Assembly: GCA_002269645.1 (NCBI GenBank)
Contig: NIVC01000168.1
Coordinates: forward strand, 62,001 to 126,000
Origin: Macrostomum lignano
Lineage: Eukaryota
DNA: 64,000 nucleotides
Reading direction: 5' to 3'
Positions 24,893 to 38,247 of this stretch are shown here, in pieces. The translations under genes were made by a program, and so were the position numbers. Within the stretch, counting starts at the first letter, position 1. Every line of letters starts with the position of its first letter. The notes beneath the pieces were generated by a model. That model ran no database searches. It had not been told where the DNA came from and saw only the letters and a list, made by a program, of their open reading frames with translations.

Positions 24893-26190
24893 ATCTGATC
24901 GGTTCCCACTTGAGTCGCTGCACATCTGATCGATTCCCACTTGAGTCACTGCACATCTGATCGATTCCCACTTGAGTCGCTGCACATCTGATCGATTCCC
25001 ACTTGAGTCACTGCACATCTGATCGATTCCCACTTGAGTCACTGCACATCTGATCGATTCCCACTTGAGTCACTGCACATCTGATCGATTCCCACTTGAG
25101 TCACTGCACATCTGATCGATTCCCACTTGAGTCGCTGCACATCTGATCGATTCCCACTTGAGTCACTGCACATCTGATCGATTCCCACTTGAGTCACTGC
25201 ACATCCGATCGATTCCCACTCGAGTCGCTGCACATCCGATCGATTCCCACTTGAGTCGCTGCACATCTGATCGATTCCCACTTGAGTCACTGCACATCCG
25301 ATCGATTCCCACTTGAGTCACTGCACATCCGATCGATTCCCACTTGAGTCACTGCACATCTGATCGATTCCCACTTGAGTCACTGCACATCTGATCGATT
25401 CCCACTTGAGTCACTGCACATCTGATCGATTCCCACTTGAGTCACTGCACATCTGATCGATTCCCACTTGAGTCACTGCACATCCGATCGATTCCCACTT
25501 GAGTCACTGCACATCCGATCGATTCCCACTTGAGTCACTGCACATCTGATCGATTCCCACTTGAGTCGCTGCACATCTGATCGATTCCCACTTGAGTCGC
25601 TGCACATCTGATCGATTCCCACTTGAGTCACTGCACATCTGATCGATTCCCACTTGAGTCACTGCACATCCGATCGATTCCCACTTGAGTCACTGCACAT
25701 CCGATCGATTCCCACTTGAGTCACTGCACATCTGATCGATTCCCACTTGAGTCACTGCACATCTGATCGATTCCCACTTGAGTCACTGCACATCCGATCG
25801 ATTCCCACTTGAGTCACTGCACATCCGATCGATTCCCACTTGAGTCACTGCACATCTGATCGATTCCCACTTGAGTCACTGCACATCCGATCGATTCCCA
25901 CTTGAGTCACTGCACATCCGATCGATTCCCACTTGAGTCACTGCACATCCGATCGATTCCCACTTGAGTCACTGCACATCTGATCGATTCCCACTTGAGT
26001 CACTGCACATCTGATCGATTCCCACTTGAGTCACTGCACATCTGATCGATTCCCACTTGAGTCACTGCACATCTGATCGATTCCCACTTGAGTCACTGCA
26101 CATCCGATCGATTCCCACTTGAGTCACTGCACATCCGATCGATTCCCACTTGAGTCACTGCACATCTGATCGATTCCCACTTGAGTCACT
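24893..26190. repeat. 31-bp minisatellite GATCGATTCCCACTTGAGTCACTGCACATCT
   Basis: About 42 nearly identical units with two toggling positions. Confidence 0.97.
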
Positions 26191-26784
26191 TTTTTGAGTC
26201 ACTTGAGGCATTTTATGAACTCCAGTTAAGTTTGCTGACTAACCAATCGGCTAGTTTTTAGCCTGACAAAACCAGACGGTTCGATGCTTATTTTTAAATT
26301 ATTTATTTTATGCATCCAATAAACTTTGATTGAGCAGCTGTGGCTATAATTAAATTTCTCAGTCCGTTTTACCAGGTCTAACTGGACCAGTTAGCGTCTA
26401 GCATACCCGAGTACTTCAACGTTAATTTCATTTCTCAACAAGCTCATTGAACTGCTTTGGCCCTCTGTCGATTAAATTAGTTTTCGGGAGATGGGGGCAG
26501 AGGTTTTAAGGCGCTAGCGAAAAGTACCATCCATCCATCCATCTCACTGAGCCGGGCTTTTCTCTCACCCATTTTGTCTTGTACGTTTAATTGTGTTTTT
26601 TCATAGTTTGTCTCAACCCCATGTTTTGTTGCTTTGCAGTAGTTAATTACATGATGGTCCGTAACTCGGCAAAGTAAGTCAGTCAGTCAGCACAAATGTA
26701 AGTTTCTAATTAGTAATATTTTTATTTTAGTACAGATAGTAACATTTGTCTACTGCTTTTGTACTTGTTTGTTCATCTGTCTCA

Positions 26785-26789
<5 letters not shown>

Positions 26790-26836
<47 letters not shown>

Positions 26837-26857
26837 ATGTCTGTCTGTCTGTCTGTA

Positions 26858-26892
<35 letters not shown>

Positions 26893-26893
26893 A

Positions 26894-26926
<33 letters not shown>

Positions 26927-26937
26927 GCCTGCCTGCC

Positions 26938-26968
<31 letters not shown>

Positions 26969-26970
26969 GT
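26790..26970. repeat. (CTGT)n microsatellite
   Basis: Read directly. Confidence 0.97.
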
Positions 26971-27879
26971 CCTAAATAACGACACAGTCAGACTATAGAG
27001 ACCCAACAAAATACTTTCGAAATCCGTAGGCTAGCAGCAAAAGTGCATTCCGTGGTGGCGCCTGTAAAGTACAGAAGACCCGGCTGCAGTTGGCGGCAAT
27101 TTTGTTTCCCCCAGGGGAATTTCTGGAGGCTATTTCAAACCTCGGAGGCGGTTGGCCAGTTTTGTTTATTTTATTCCTGATCTCCCATACAGGCGGCAAA
27201 TGGTTCCACAAATACCCTCGGCCGCTGCTGCATTGGGCCCGTCATCTTGTACGCTTGAGACTGGGGATTATTCAAAGGAAGGGGTGGAGAGAAATGTGTT
27301 ATTATTTTCGAGAGCATCGGCATCATAGGGCGTGTTGCTGAATTTTATTAAATTTGCCTTTTTGTTTACTTGCATTGTAAAAGCAATTTTGTTTTGTTTT
27401 GTCTGTGAGTTCCCTCCCCCTGCTCTCCCTTTCTACAGTCAAATGAAGACCTTTTTGATAAATCCGAATGCCTATTCTGAGACAGACGTTTCAATCAAAT
27501 TTAAATCAAGCGCTACATTGTTCTATTCCCACTATTTCTCATTGAAAGCATCGAGGATGCACAAAGCACAGATGGGCAGATGTTAGAGAGTTTTACAAGC
27601 GTTTAGATTTCTAAGAGTATTTTTAACTTCGACTATAGACAAGGACATCTGTCAGTTATACCATTTTCGTCGTTATTACATGTAACTTCCCATGTTTGCT
27701 AGTATATATATAGACAGTTAAAACCAATAGGTGCTAGAATCTAGAATAATCTAGTGTCAGGTTTGCTGTTTAAGAAGCCCCAGAACCTTTTAATCTGAAA
27801 AAAAACTTTAAAAAAGTGTATAAAAATTAGTTTCAACTCTTTAAAGAAAAAAATCGTTTTTGGCTTTTGTGTGTAAACT

Positions 27880-29630
27880 GAAGCGCCACTGAAGCGACAC
27901 AAGTAATGTGTTACTGAAGCGCCACAAATGAGTGTCACTGAAGCGCCACAAATGAGTGTCACTGAAGCGCCACAAATGAGTGTCACTGAAGCGCCACAAA
28001 TGAGTGTCACTGAAGCGCCACAAATGAGTGTCACTGAAGCGCCACAAATAAAGTGTCACTGAAGCGCCACAAATGAGTGTCACTGAAGCGCCACAAATAA
28101 AGTGTCACTGAAGCGCCACAAATGAGTGTCACTGAAGCGCCACAAATGAGTGTCACTGAAGCGCCACAAATAAAGTGTCACTGAAGCGCCACAAATGAGT
28201 GTCACTGAAGCGCCACAAATAAAGTGTCACTGAAGCGCCACAAATGAGTGTCACTGAAGCGCCACAAATAAAGTGTCACTGAAGCGCCACAAATAAAGTG
28301 TCACTGAAGCGCCACAAATAAAGTGTCACTGAAGCGCCACAAATAAAGTGTCACTGAAGCGCCACAAATGAGTGTCACTGAAGCGCCACAAATGAGTATC
28401 ACTGAAGCGCCACAAATGAGTGTCACTGAAGCGCCACAAATGAGTGTCACTGAAGCGCCACAAATAAAGTGTCATCGAAGCGCCACAAATAAAGTGTCAT
28501 TGAAGCGCCACAAATAAAGTGTCATTGAAGCGCCACAAATGAGTGTCACTGAAGCTCCACAAATAAAGTGTCATCGAAGCGCCACAAATAAAGTGTCATT
28601 GAAGCGCCACAAAAAGTGTCATTGAAGCGCCACAAATAAAGTGTCACTGAAGCTCCACAAATAAAGTGTCATCGAAGCGCCACAAATAAAGTGTCACTGA
28701 AGCTCCACAAATAAAGTGTCACTGAAGCGCCACAAATAAAGTGTCACTGAAGCGCCATCAATAATATGTCACTGAAGCGCCACAAATAAAGTGTCACTGA
28801 AGCGCCATCAATAATATGTCACTGAAGCGCCATCAATAATATGTCACTGAAGCGCCACAAATAAAGTGTCACTGAAGCGCCATCAATAATATGTCACTGA
28901 AGCGCCACAAATAAAGTGTCACTGAAGCGCCATCAATAATATGTCACTGAAGCGCCATCAATAATATGTCACTGAAGCGCCACAAATAAAGTGTCACTGA
29001 AGCGCCATCAATAATGTGTCACTGAAGCGCCATCAATAATATGTCACTGAAGCGCCACAAATAAAGTGTCACTGAAGCGCCATCAATAATATGTCACTGA
29101 AGCGCCACAAATAAAGTGTCACTGAAGCGCCATCAATAATATGTCACTGAAGCGCCATCAATAATATGTCACTGAAGCGCCACAAATAAAGTGTCACTGA
29201 AGCGCCATCAATAATATGTCACTGAAGCGCCATCAATAATATGTCACTGAAGCGCCACAAATAAAGTGTCACTGAAGCGCCATCAATAATATGTCACTGA
29301 AGCGCCATCAATAATATGTCACTGAAGCGCCACAAATAAAGTGTCACTGAAGCGCCACCAATAATATGTCACTGAAGCGCCACCAATAATATGTCACTGA
29401 AGCGCCACAAATAAAGTGTCACTGAAGCGCCATCAATAATATGTCACTGAAGCGCCACAAATAAAGTGTCACTGAAGCGCCATCAATAATATGTCACTGA
29501 AGCGCCATCAATAATATGTCACTGAAGCGCCACAAATAAAGTGTCACTGAAGCGCCATCAATAATATGTCACTGAAGCGCCACAAATAAAGTGTCACTGA
29601 AGCGCCACCAATAATATGTCACTGAAGCGC
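27880..29630. repeat. 24/25-bp minisatellite GTGTCACTGAAGCGCCACAAAT(GA/AAA); shorter second array at 34904-35910
   Basis: Variant gradient ATGAG, then ATAAA, then ATCAATAATAT from left to right. Confidence 0.97.
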
Positions 29631-30381
29631 TACAAATGGGTAATATCGACTAGAAAACCTGTCCAAGGTAAACAGAAAAATATTTATAATCAGCGTGGAA
29701 ATCAAATATCAAAAGCAAACTGCCTGTCATTGAGGATGATTTTGTCAGTCTGAATGCGCATTTCAATAACGCCTCTTTATTCTATAGGCATTCGATCATT
29801 TTTCATAATGGAATTGCAGACAGCTTGCGACTGTTGCACAATTGTGGCCGTTGTGGCAGCTGGCTTTGTTCAAGATAAACACGACGCTGTCTCCAAGCGC
29901 ATAGGAGATCTGTGCTGAAGCCTGTATACAGGCTTGAATTTACAGAGATAAAGATAGGGAGAAGAAGCTCAGGCAAATGAAGCACAAAGAAAGATGGCTG
30001 CAAGCTCTTCAAGCGATTTTTTTGCTTCAAATGAGAAGCTGAAGAGGGCGAGACCAGCTAACGAAAAAAGAGGCTGCGCACTCTTTTACCTCTCTCCATC
30101 TGTGTTTTTGCCCTACTTCTGTGCGTGTCGTCAAAGGATTGCCCGTCTCATGTGTGCTCAATCTTTCCGTTTATGGGTTGAGTTGCTAATTCTCCAGACT
30201 TGTACATGTAGCAGTGTGCAGCATTGAGACTATCGAAATTACGGCAATAATCTCTTGCTTTGGCGGGCCTATTTAGTAATTTCGTCTTTTGGTGACATGC
30301 TTACTAAGTTAATTGGCATCAATTTGACAGAATAAGAGAGAGAACTGTACTCATGTGAGAACAGCAGAAGAGAGGCTAGCT

Positions 30382-31030
30382 GAGCACAGACCCGAGTCTG
30401 GGATTTAGGGAGTGTGAGAACAGGAGAACAAGAGACTGAGCACAGACCAGAGTCTGGGATTTAGGGAGTGTGAGAACAGGAGAACAAGAGACTGAGCACA
30501 GACCAGAGTCTGGGATTTAGGGAGTGTGAGAACAGGAGAACAAGAGACTGAGCACAGACCAGAGTCTGGGATTTAGGGAGTGTGAGAACAGGAGAACAAG
30601 AGACTGAGCACAGACCAGAGTCTGGGATTTAGGGAGTGTGAGAACAGGAGAACAAGAGACTGAGCACAGACCAGAGTCTGGGATTTAGGGAGTGTGAGAA
30701 CAGGAGAACAAGAGACTGAGCACAGACCAGAGTCTGGGATTTAGGGAGTGTGAGAACAGGAGAACAAGAGACTGAGCACAGACCAGAGTCTGGGATTTAG
30801 GGAGTGTGAGAACAGGAGAACAAGAGACTGAGCACAGACCAGAGTCTGGGATTTAGGGAGTGTGAGAACAGGAGAACAAGAGACTGAGCACAGACCAGAG
30901 TCTGGGATTTAGGGAGTGTGAGAACAGGAGAACAAGAGACTGAGCACAGACCAGAGTCTGGGATTTAGGGAGTGTGAGAACAGGAGAACAAGAGACTGAG
31001 CACAGACCAGAGTCTGGGATTTAGGGAGTG
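30382..31030. repeat. 56-bp minisatellite, about 12 units; about 14 units in the duplicate at 36657-37417
   Basis: Period 56 measured (30438 to 30494). The duplication offset changes by exactly 112 across the array. Confidence 0.97.
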
Positions 31031-31406
31031 CGAGAGCAAGCTAGAAATAAGAGAGAGAGAGTCGGACAAAAAGAGAGAAGGAGGCGTATAACGGGTTATT
31101 AGAAATGATGCGGGTTAATATGCAGCTGTGGATGGGTTATGGCTGCAGCTGCTACTCTGGACGGGAAGATGAGGCTCGGGGCGTTGCCGGGGTCGGGGCG
31201 GAAAATTGCTATCAATCTCCACTCTTCCTCCCCACCTCCGCCGCAATTCCTACCTGTCCGCGCCTGCCCTCATTTTCTGTCCTTTTCACTTCACCCTGTC
31301 ATTCATCTAATGGCTCCCTCGCGGCAGCCCTCGTTGTAACGCTGCCTTTTCGCTTTAATCTGACCACACAACAGGTGGTCGCGCTTTCTGTCTGCTAGGC
31401 ATGTAG

Positions 31407-31479
<73 letters not shown>

Positions 31480-31550
31480 TTCTATTCTGTTCCTTCCGTT
31501 CTAGTTGAGCAATAGTTTTAGCCTGAGGTTTGCTATAGTCTCAGACTTTA

Positions 31551-31862
31551 ATTCATTAGAAGCAGAGGGTTGTGTGCACCCTGGCGCACTTTAAGCGAAA
31601 TTGTCACCACAACCGGCATTACTGCCCATTCCGCCGACTCCCCTGAGCAGGCACACAAGCGCGCGGATACGTACGCAGTCATACACACAGGCACACACTT
31701 TATTAATCGTTAGGCATGTACACTTCACTGCGCCTTGGAGCCAAGCCAAGCCTAGATTTCAATTTTGCCCCAGATTAATATCACTGCACCTGGAATCGAA
31801 CCTGTGCCGCTGGTACATCAGAGCGCCGCACCAGATCACTATAGGCTACAGCACCCTAGTCG
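31551..31862 (-). mobile_element. tRNA-derived SINE, family B, full length with 14-bp TSD
   Basis: The minus-strand head GGGTGCTGTAGCCTATAGTG...GGTTCGATTCC carries A/B boxes. TSD agtctcagacttta at 31537-31550 and 31863-31876. Duplicated at 37936-38247, with a diverged copy at 52.1-52.4 kb. Confidence 0.85.
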
Positions 31863-32225
31863 AGTCTCAGACTTTATCCTGCAACCTAGAGATTTCCGAC
31901 TTTCATTTCTTGAAAATTCAGTCTAGATGATTCGAATCGTAAATAATACTGTTGTAGCAACAGCGAGGAAGCTGGCGCAGCAGTGGAAGTTTATTTGTTC
32001 AAGTGCAGATAGAGATTATTCCAGCGAGTTTCTTTAGCCTGTAGCCTTATACTCTGGGCTTCTCTGGCATCTCAAGCATGCTCGTTACAATTATTAGATT
32101 TTCTGTGCTCGCTTGCTTGCTAACTCGTATTATTTCACCTCGTTGAATTTTGCACTTGACACTGACTATACTACGAGTACTCGTATGTACGATACTCATT
32201 TTACTTAAACGAGCTACTTAAACCT

Positions 32226-32530
32226 TGTAGCCTCTCCTAGTGGTTAGAGCGTCAGACTGACGACTGAAAGGTCGGGGATTCGATTCTGGGCCCACTCGGA
32301 ACAAATAGTATCCCTTGAGCAGGACACCTAACTCTGCACTGATTCAGTTCACCCAGCTGTAAAATGGGTGCCAACATTAGCTGCATGGGTAATTGAGGGT
32401 GTGTTTGACGACCCCCCAGTCCTTGGACTGAACAGCCGTACGCAGCCTTCGGATGCGCCGCGCAATAGCTGCGGCTGAGCTGTCGGTTGCACATCTGCCC
32501 ATTCGGACGGGTTTAATCAATATTATTAAT
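32226..32530 (+). mobile_element. tRNA-derived SINE, family A, with CORE-like middle domain
   Basis: A box TAGTGGTTAGAGC, B box GGATTCGATTC, then cccttgagcaggacacctaactc...cagttcacccagctgtaaaatggg, and an ATT-rich tail. Second copy at about 38610-38913. Confidence 0.75.
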
Positions 32531-32766
32531 AAACTTTGCAAGCTGTGTCTAATCTTATCAGTGCATTTGTACTTGTCTCAAAAGTAAAAAGCTTAGCCAT
32601 TTCAATTGACTCAGTTTCTCGGCACTTTAACTCCCCGGTTCTCTAAACCTCGCTACATACCGAAAGAAGCCATGTGTGTACAAGTTTTATCTGCATGTCT
32701 ATGATAAAACCATATTGGATTCGAGCCCTAGTATATAGGAGCTATAGCCCTTTAAATATAGGCGGA

Positions 32767-34904
32767 CTTGACTTACTGACTTAGCTGCAGGGCTGTCCCG
32801 GAGGGGACACAGCGGGAAGGCGCGGGCGCCCATTCCGCTAGTCCCTGAACGGCCGACGCGTCGCTATGGACGGAGGGTTGGCGCCGCCCAGGGAGGTCCC
32901 CCAGTGTCGCCAGCAGCTATGGTGCTCTCTGGAAAGGAGAGTTCAGCCCTGCGGGTGGCCCGAAGGTAGCGCATGAGCTGATTAAAGTTTTCGGGTTTGC
33001 ACGCTTCAGTAATAGATGTGTGTGGCCCGAGGTAAGTGAGTCTGGCCCGCGTGAAGGCGGGACAGATGCTGACGAAATGCTCAGCGGTTTCGTCACCTGA
33101 GTTGCAGAAACTACAGGTGGCGTTGGTGGCGTTGCCCTGCAGGTACTGGTGCCTGGAGAAGCAGCCGTGACCAGAGAGGGTCATGGTGGCAGCCCGGATG
33201 TCTCTGCGCGAGAGGCGCAAGAGGAGCTTCCGGAGCTGGTGAGAGGGCTGAGGGACAGCGCCTCTGGATTGCCTGCAGTTCGTGCGGTTCGCCCAAGTCG
33301 AGCGGTGCTGAGTCCTGATCCACGCTTTGATGCGCGAGTCGATGACACAGCCAGGAATCGGGACAAGAGGTTCGGGGCCGAGAGAGGAGCCGGAGGCACC
33401 AACTTTTGCAAGGGTGTCAGCCAACTCATTTCCTCGGATCCCCACATGCCCCGGAACCCACTTAAGGGTAATTTTGTTGGCGGAACCCAACACATTGAGG
33501 AGTTTGATACAGTCAAGGACTGTAGCAGAGTTGGTGCTGCAGCCACTGATGGCGTGCAAGGCAGCTTGGCTGTCCGAATGGAAAATGATGTTCTTACCAG
33601 TAACGCCAGTGGCGAGAAGCTCTGCAGTGCAGGAGCTGATGGCCAGAACTTCATTTTGGAAAACACTGGAGTTGACCCCAGTGTATTGAGCGTGGGTAGC
33701 GATGACCCTCCCGTTCAGAAAGATTCCAACACCAAAGCCGGTGTTGGCTGACTGCTTAGAACCGTCGGTGTAGCAATGAAGCTCACCAGGGTTCCAATGG
33801 TCATTGATGTTATCGCGCGAGTCGATAGCTACGGAGTAGCGCTGTCTCAGGTTGAGCGTTGAGGCAATGCCATCGGTGAAGACGCGATTGGCCTGACACT
33901 CGTTGAGAAAGTTGAGGCACAGATCGCTATGCGGGACAAGGTTCCGCTTAGCAGGTGCTCTCATGTAAATGAATTTGACGCCGGCATCAATTAGACGCCG
34001 CGTCGTTCTAGCCGCCTCACCCCTGATGAAGAGGTCAAGAGGCGGAAGATTAAGAAAGGCCCCCATGCCAGCAAAGGGCGTGGACCTGGTGGCGTTGCAG
34101 ATGAGCCTACACGCTCTGCCTTGGATCGTGTTGAGCAGGTCTGCATGGCTTTTGACCTGGGTAGCGCTAACCCAGACAACAGAGGCGTACGTAATGGCAG
34201 GTCTAACTACGGAAGTATAGATCCACCAAAGCCGCTTTGGGGATAGACCCCAAGAAGTGCCAAGTGCTCGTCGGAGCTGGGCCAGGATGGCTGAGGCACG
34301 CTTAGCTTTTGCTTTCACGTGGAAGGACCAGTTGAGCCGGTGGTCAAGTGTGACCCGAGACATCTGGTCTGGTGCGCGAAGGCAATATCTCTGCCGTAGA
34401 GCTGCAGAGGACGTATGTTCCAGCGTAGTCTGCTGGTAAACATAATGGCAACGGTTTTGGGCTCAGAGAGTTCCAAACCATTGTCATTGGCCCAGGATTC
34501 TGCTTTGCGGATAAAGCTCTGCATCAGATCCCTGAGCGTGCTGGGAGACGGTCCTGCCACAATGGCCGTGACGTCATCAGCATACCCGACTTTGAAGACG
34601 GGGTCAGGTCGGGAGTCACTCAGAAGAGCGTCCATGACCAGGTTCCAGAGCGTCGGGGTGAGGACTCCGCCTTGGGGTCCACCCTTACAGACTCTGGTGG
34701 AGGCAGTTTGCCCAAGAAGTTGGGCAGTGACCGTACGGTTGGAGATCATGTACATGATCCACCGTATGAGGGTAGCATGAGCTTTGCGATTTTGAAGGGC
34801 CCTCTGAAACGCTTCAAAGATAACGTTGTCGAAGGCGCCAACAATGTCAAGAAAGAGAGCCAGGGCGTAACCGTGGCTCTCTTTCTTGACATTGTTGGCG
34901 CCTT
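32767..34904 (-). mobile_element. 5'-truncated non-LTR retrotransposon with RT C-half, RNase H and C-terminal Cys/His motif (R1/LOA-like group)
   Basis: ALFLDIVGAFDNV, GGPQGGVLTPTLWNL, YADD, (LG)VTLDHRLNW, YTDGSK, SDSQAAL, WVPGHVGIRGNELAD, GPEP, CSFC...H...C. One 1-bp frameshift at about 34354-34356. The 3' tail is a short repeat, TAAGTCAGTAAGTCAAGTC on the minus strand. Confidence 0.95.
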
Positions 34905-37793
34905 GTTACTGAAGCGCCACAAATAAAGTGTCACTGAAGCGCCACAAATAAAGTGTCACTGAAGCGCCACAAATAAAGTGTCACTGAAGCGCCATCAATA
35001 ATATGTCACTGAAGCGCTACAAATAAAGTGTCACTGAAGCGCCACAAATGAGTGTCACTGAAGCGCCACAAATAAAGTGTCATTGAAGCGCCACAAAAAG
35101 TGTCACTGAAGCGCCACAAAAAGTGTCATTGAAGCGCCACAAAAAGTGTCACTGAAGCGCCACAAATAAAGTGTCATTGAAGCGCCACAAATAAAGTGTC
35201 ATTGAAGCGCCACAAAAAGTGTCATTGAAGCGCCACAAATAAAGTGTCACTGAAGCTCCACAAATAAAGTGTCATCGAAGCGCCACAAATAAAGTGTCAC
35301 TGAAGCGCCACAAATAAAGTGTCATTGAAGCGCCACAAATAAAGTGTCATTGAAGCGCCACAAATGAGTGTCACTGAAGCGCCACAAATAAAGTGTCACT
35401 GAAGCGCCACAAATAAAGTGTCACTGAAGCGCCACAAATAAAGTGTCACTGAAGCGCCACAAATAAAGTGTCACTGAAGCGCCATCAATAATATGTCACT
35501 GAAGCGCCACAAATGAGTGTCACTGAATCGCCACAAATAAAGTGTCACTGAAGCGCCACAAATAAAGTGTCACTGAAGCGCCACAAATAAAATGTCACTG
35601 AAGCGCCATCAATAATATGTCACTGAAGCGCCACAAATGAGTGTCACTGAAGCGCCACAAATAAAGTGTCACTGAAGCGCCACAAATAAAGTGTCACTGA
35701 AGCGCCACAAATAAAGTGTCACTGAAGCGCCACAAATAAAGTGTCACTGAAGCGCCACAAATAAAATGTCACTGAAGCGCCACAAATAATATGTCACTGA
35801 AGCGCCACAAATAAAGTGTCACTGAAGCGCCATCAATAATGTGTCACTGAAGCGCCACAAATAAAGTGTCACTGAAGCGCCATCAATAATATGTCACTGA
35901 AGCGCTACAAATGGGTAATATCGACTAGAAAATCTGTCCAAGGTAAACAGAAAAATATTTATAATCAGCGTGGAAATCAAATATCAAAATCAAACTGCCT
36001 GTCATTGAGGATGATTTTGTCAGTCTGAATGTGCATTTCAATAACGCCTCTTTATTCTATAGGCATTCGATCATTTTTCATAATGGAATTGCAGACAGCT
36101 TGCGACTGTTGCACAATTGTGGCCGTTGTGGCAGCTGGCTTTGTTCAAGATAAACACGACGCTGTCTCCAAGCGCATAGGAGATCTGTGCTGAAGCCTGT
36201 ATACAGGCTTGAATTTACAGAGATAAAGATAGGGAGAAGAAGCTCAGGCAAATGAAGCACAAAGAAAGATGGCTGCAAGCTCTTCAAGCGATTTTTTTGC
36301 TTCAAATGAGAAGCTGAAGAGGGCGAGACCAGCTAACGAAAAAAGAGGCTGCGCACTCTTTTACCTCTCTCCATCTGTGTTTTTGCCCTACTTCTGTGCG
36401 TGTCGTCAAAGGATTGCCCGTCTCATGTGTGCTCAATCTTTCCGTTTATGGGTTGAGTTGCTAATTCTCCAGACTTGTACATGTAGCAGTGTGCAGCATT
36501 GAGACTATCGAAATTACGGCAATAATCTCTTGCTTTGGCGGGCCTATTTAGTAATTTCGTCTTTTGGTGACATGCTTACTAAGTTAATTGGCATCAATTT
36601 GACAGAATAAGAGAGAGAACTGTACTCATGTGAGAACAGCAGAAGAGAGGCTAGCTGAGCACAGACCCGAGTCTGGGATTTAGGGAGTGTGAGAACAGGA
36701 GAACAAGAGACTGAGCACAGACCAGAGTCTGGGATTTAGGGAGTGTGAGAACAGGAGAACAAGAGACTGAGCACAGACCAGAGTCTGGGATTTAGGGAGT
36801 GTGAGAACAGGAGAACAAGAGACTGAGCACAGACCAGAGTCTGGGATTTAGGGAGTGTGAGAACAGGAGAACAAGAGACTGAGCACAGACCAGAGTCTGG
36901 GATTTAGGGAGTGTGAGAACAGGAGAACAAGAGACTGAGCACAGACCAGAGTCTGGGATTTAGGGAGTGTGAGAACAGGAGAACAAGAGACTGAGCACAG
37001 ACCAGAGTCTGGGATTTAGGGAGTGTGAGAACAGGAGAACAAGAGACTGAGCACAGACCAGAGTCTGGGATTTAGGGAGTGTGAGAACAGGAGAACAAGA
37101 GACTGAGCACAGACCAGAGTCTGGGATTTAGGGAGTGTGAGAACAGGAGAACAAGAGACTGAGCACAGACCAGAGTCTGGGATTTAGGGAGTGTGAGAAC
37201 AGGAGAACAAGAGACTGAGCACAGACCAGAGTCTGGGATTTAGGGAGTGTGAGAACAGGAGAACAAGAGACTGAGCACAGACCAGAGTCTGGGATTTAGG
37301 GAGTGTGAGAACAGGAGAACAAGAGACTGAGCACAGACCAGAGTCTGGGATTTAGGGAGTGTGAGAACAGGAGAACAAGAGACTGAGCACAGACCAGAGT
37401 CTGGGATTTAGGGAGTGCGAGAGCAAGCTAGAAATAAGAGAGAGAGAGTCGGACAAAAAGAGAGAAGGAGGCGTATAACGGGTTATTAGAAATGATGCGG
37501 GTTAATATGCAGCTGTGGATGGGTTATGGCTGCAGCTGCTACTCTGGACGGGAAGATGAGGCTCGGGGCGTTGCCGGGGTCGGGGCGGAAAATTGCTATC
37601 AATCTCCACTCTTCCTCCCCACCTCCGCCGCAATTCCTACCTGTCCGCGCCTGCCCTCATTTTCTGTCCTTTTCACTTCACCCTGTCATTCATCTAATGG
37701 CTCCCTCGCGGCAGCCCTCGTTGTAACGCTGCCTTTTCGCTTTAATCTGACCACACAACAGGTGGTCGCGCTTTCTGTCTGCTAGGCATGTAG

Positions 37794-37864
<71 letters not shown>

Positions 37865-37935
37865 TTCTATTCTGTTCCTTCCGTTCTAGTTGAGCAATAG
37901 TTTTAGCCTGAGGTTTGCTATAGTCTCAGACTTTA

Positions 37936-38247
37936 ATTCATTAGAAGCAGAGGGTTGTGTGCACCCTGGCGCACTTTAAGCGAAATTGTCACCACAACCG
38001 GCATTACTGCCCATTCCGCCGACTCCCCTGAGCAGGCACACAAGCGCGCGGATACGTACGCAGTCATACACACAGGCACACACTTTATTAATCGTTAGGC
38101 ATGTACACTTCACTGCGCCTTGGAGCCAAGCCAAGCCTAGATTTCAATTTTGCCCCAGATTAATATCACTGCACCTGGAATCGAACCTGTGCCGCTGGTA
38201 CATCAGAGCGCCGCACCAGATCACTATAGGCTACAGCACCCTAGTCG
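37936..38247 (-). mobile_element. SINE family B, copy within the duplicated segment
   Basis: Apparently identical to 31551-31862, with the same TSD at 37922-37935 and 38248-38261. Confidence 0.85.

Noticed and set aside
24893-31030. Regular 31-bp and 56-bp arrays as possible CRISPR arrays
   Set aside because: Units are head-to-tail with no unique spacers, there are no cas genes, and the context is eukaryotic.
32255-32272. CTGACGA...GAAA in SINE A as a hammerhead ribozyme core
   Set aside because: Only 2 nt separate the motifs, so stem II cannot form; the stretch is the tRNA anticodon arm.
32780-32864. LINE 3' UTR (GCGGAATGGGC, also in SINE B) as an HDV-like ribozyme or LINE-SINE shared tail
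   Set aside because: I could not build the nested double pseudoknot, and 11 shared nt away from the termini is too little.
30382-37417. TTTAGGG/TTAGGG in the 56-bp unit as interstitial telomere
   Set aside because: One hexamer per 56-bp unit is not a telomeric tract and is compatible with chance.
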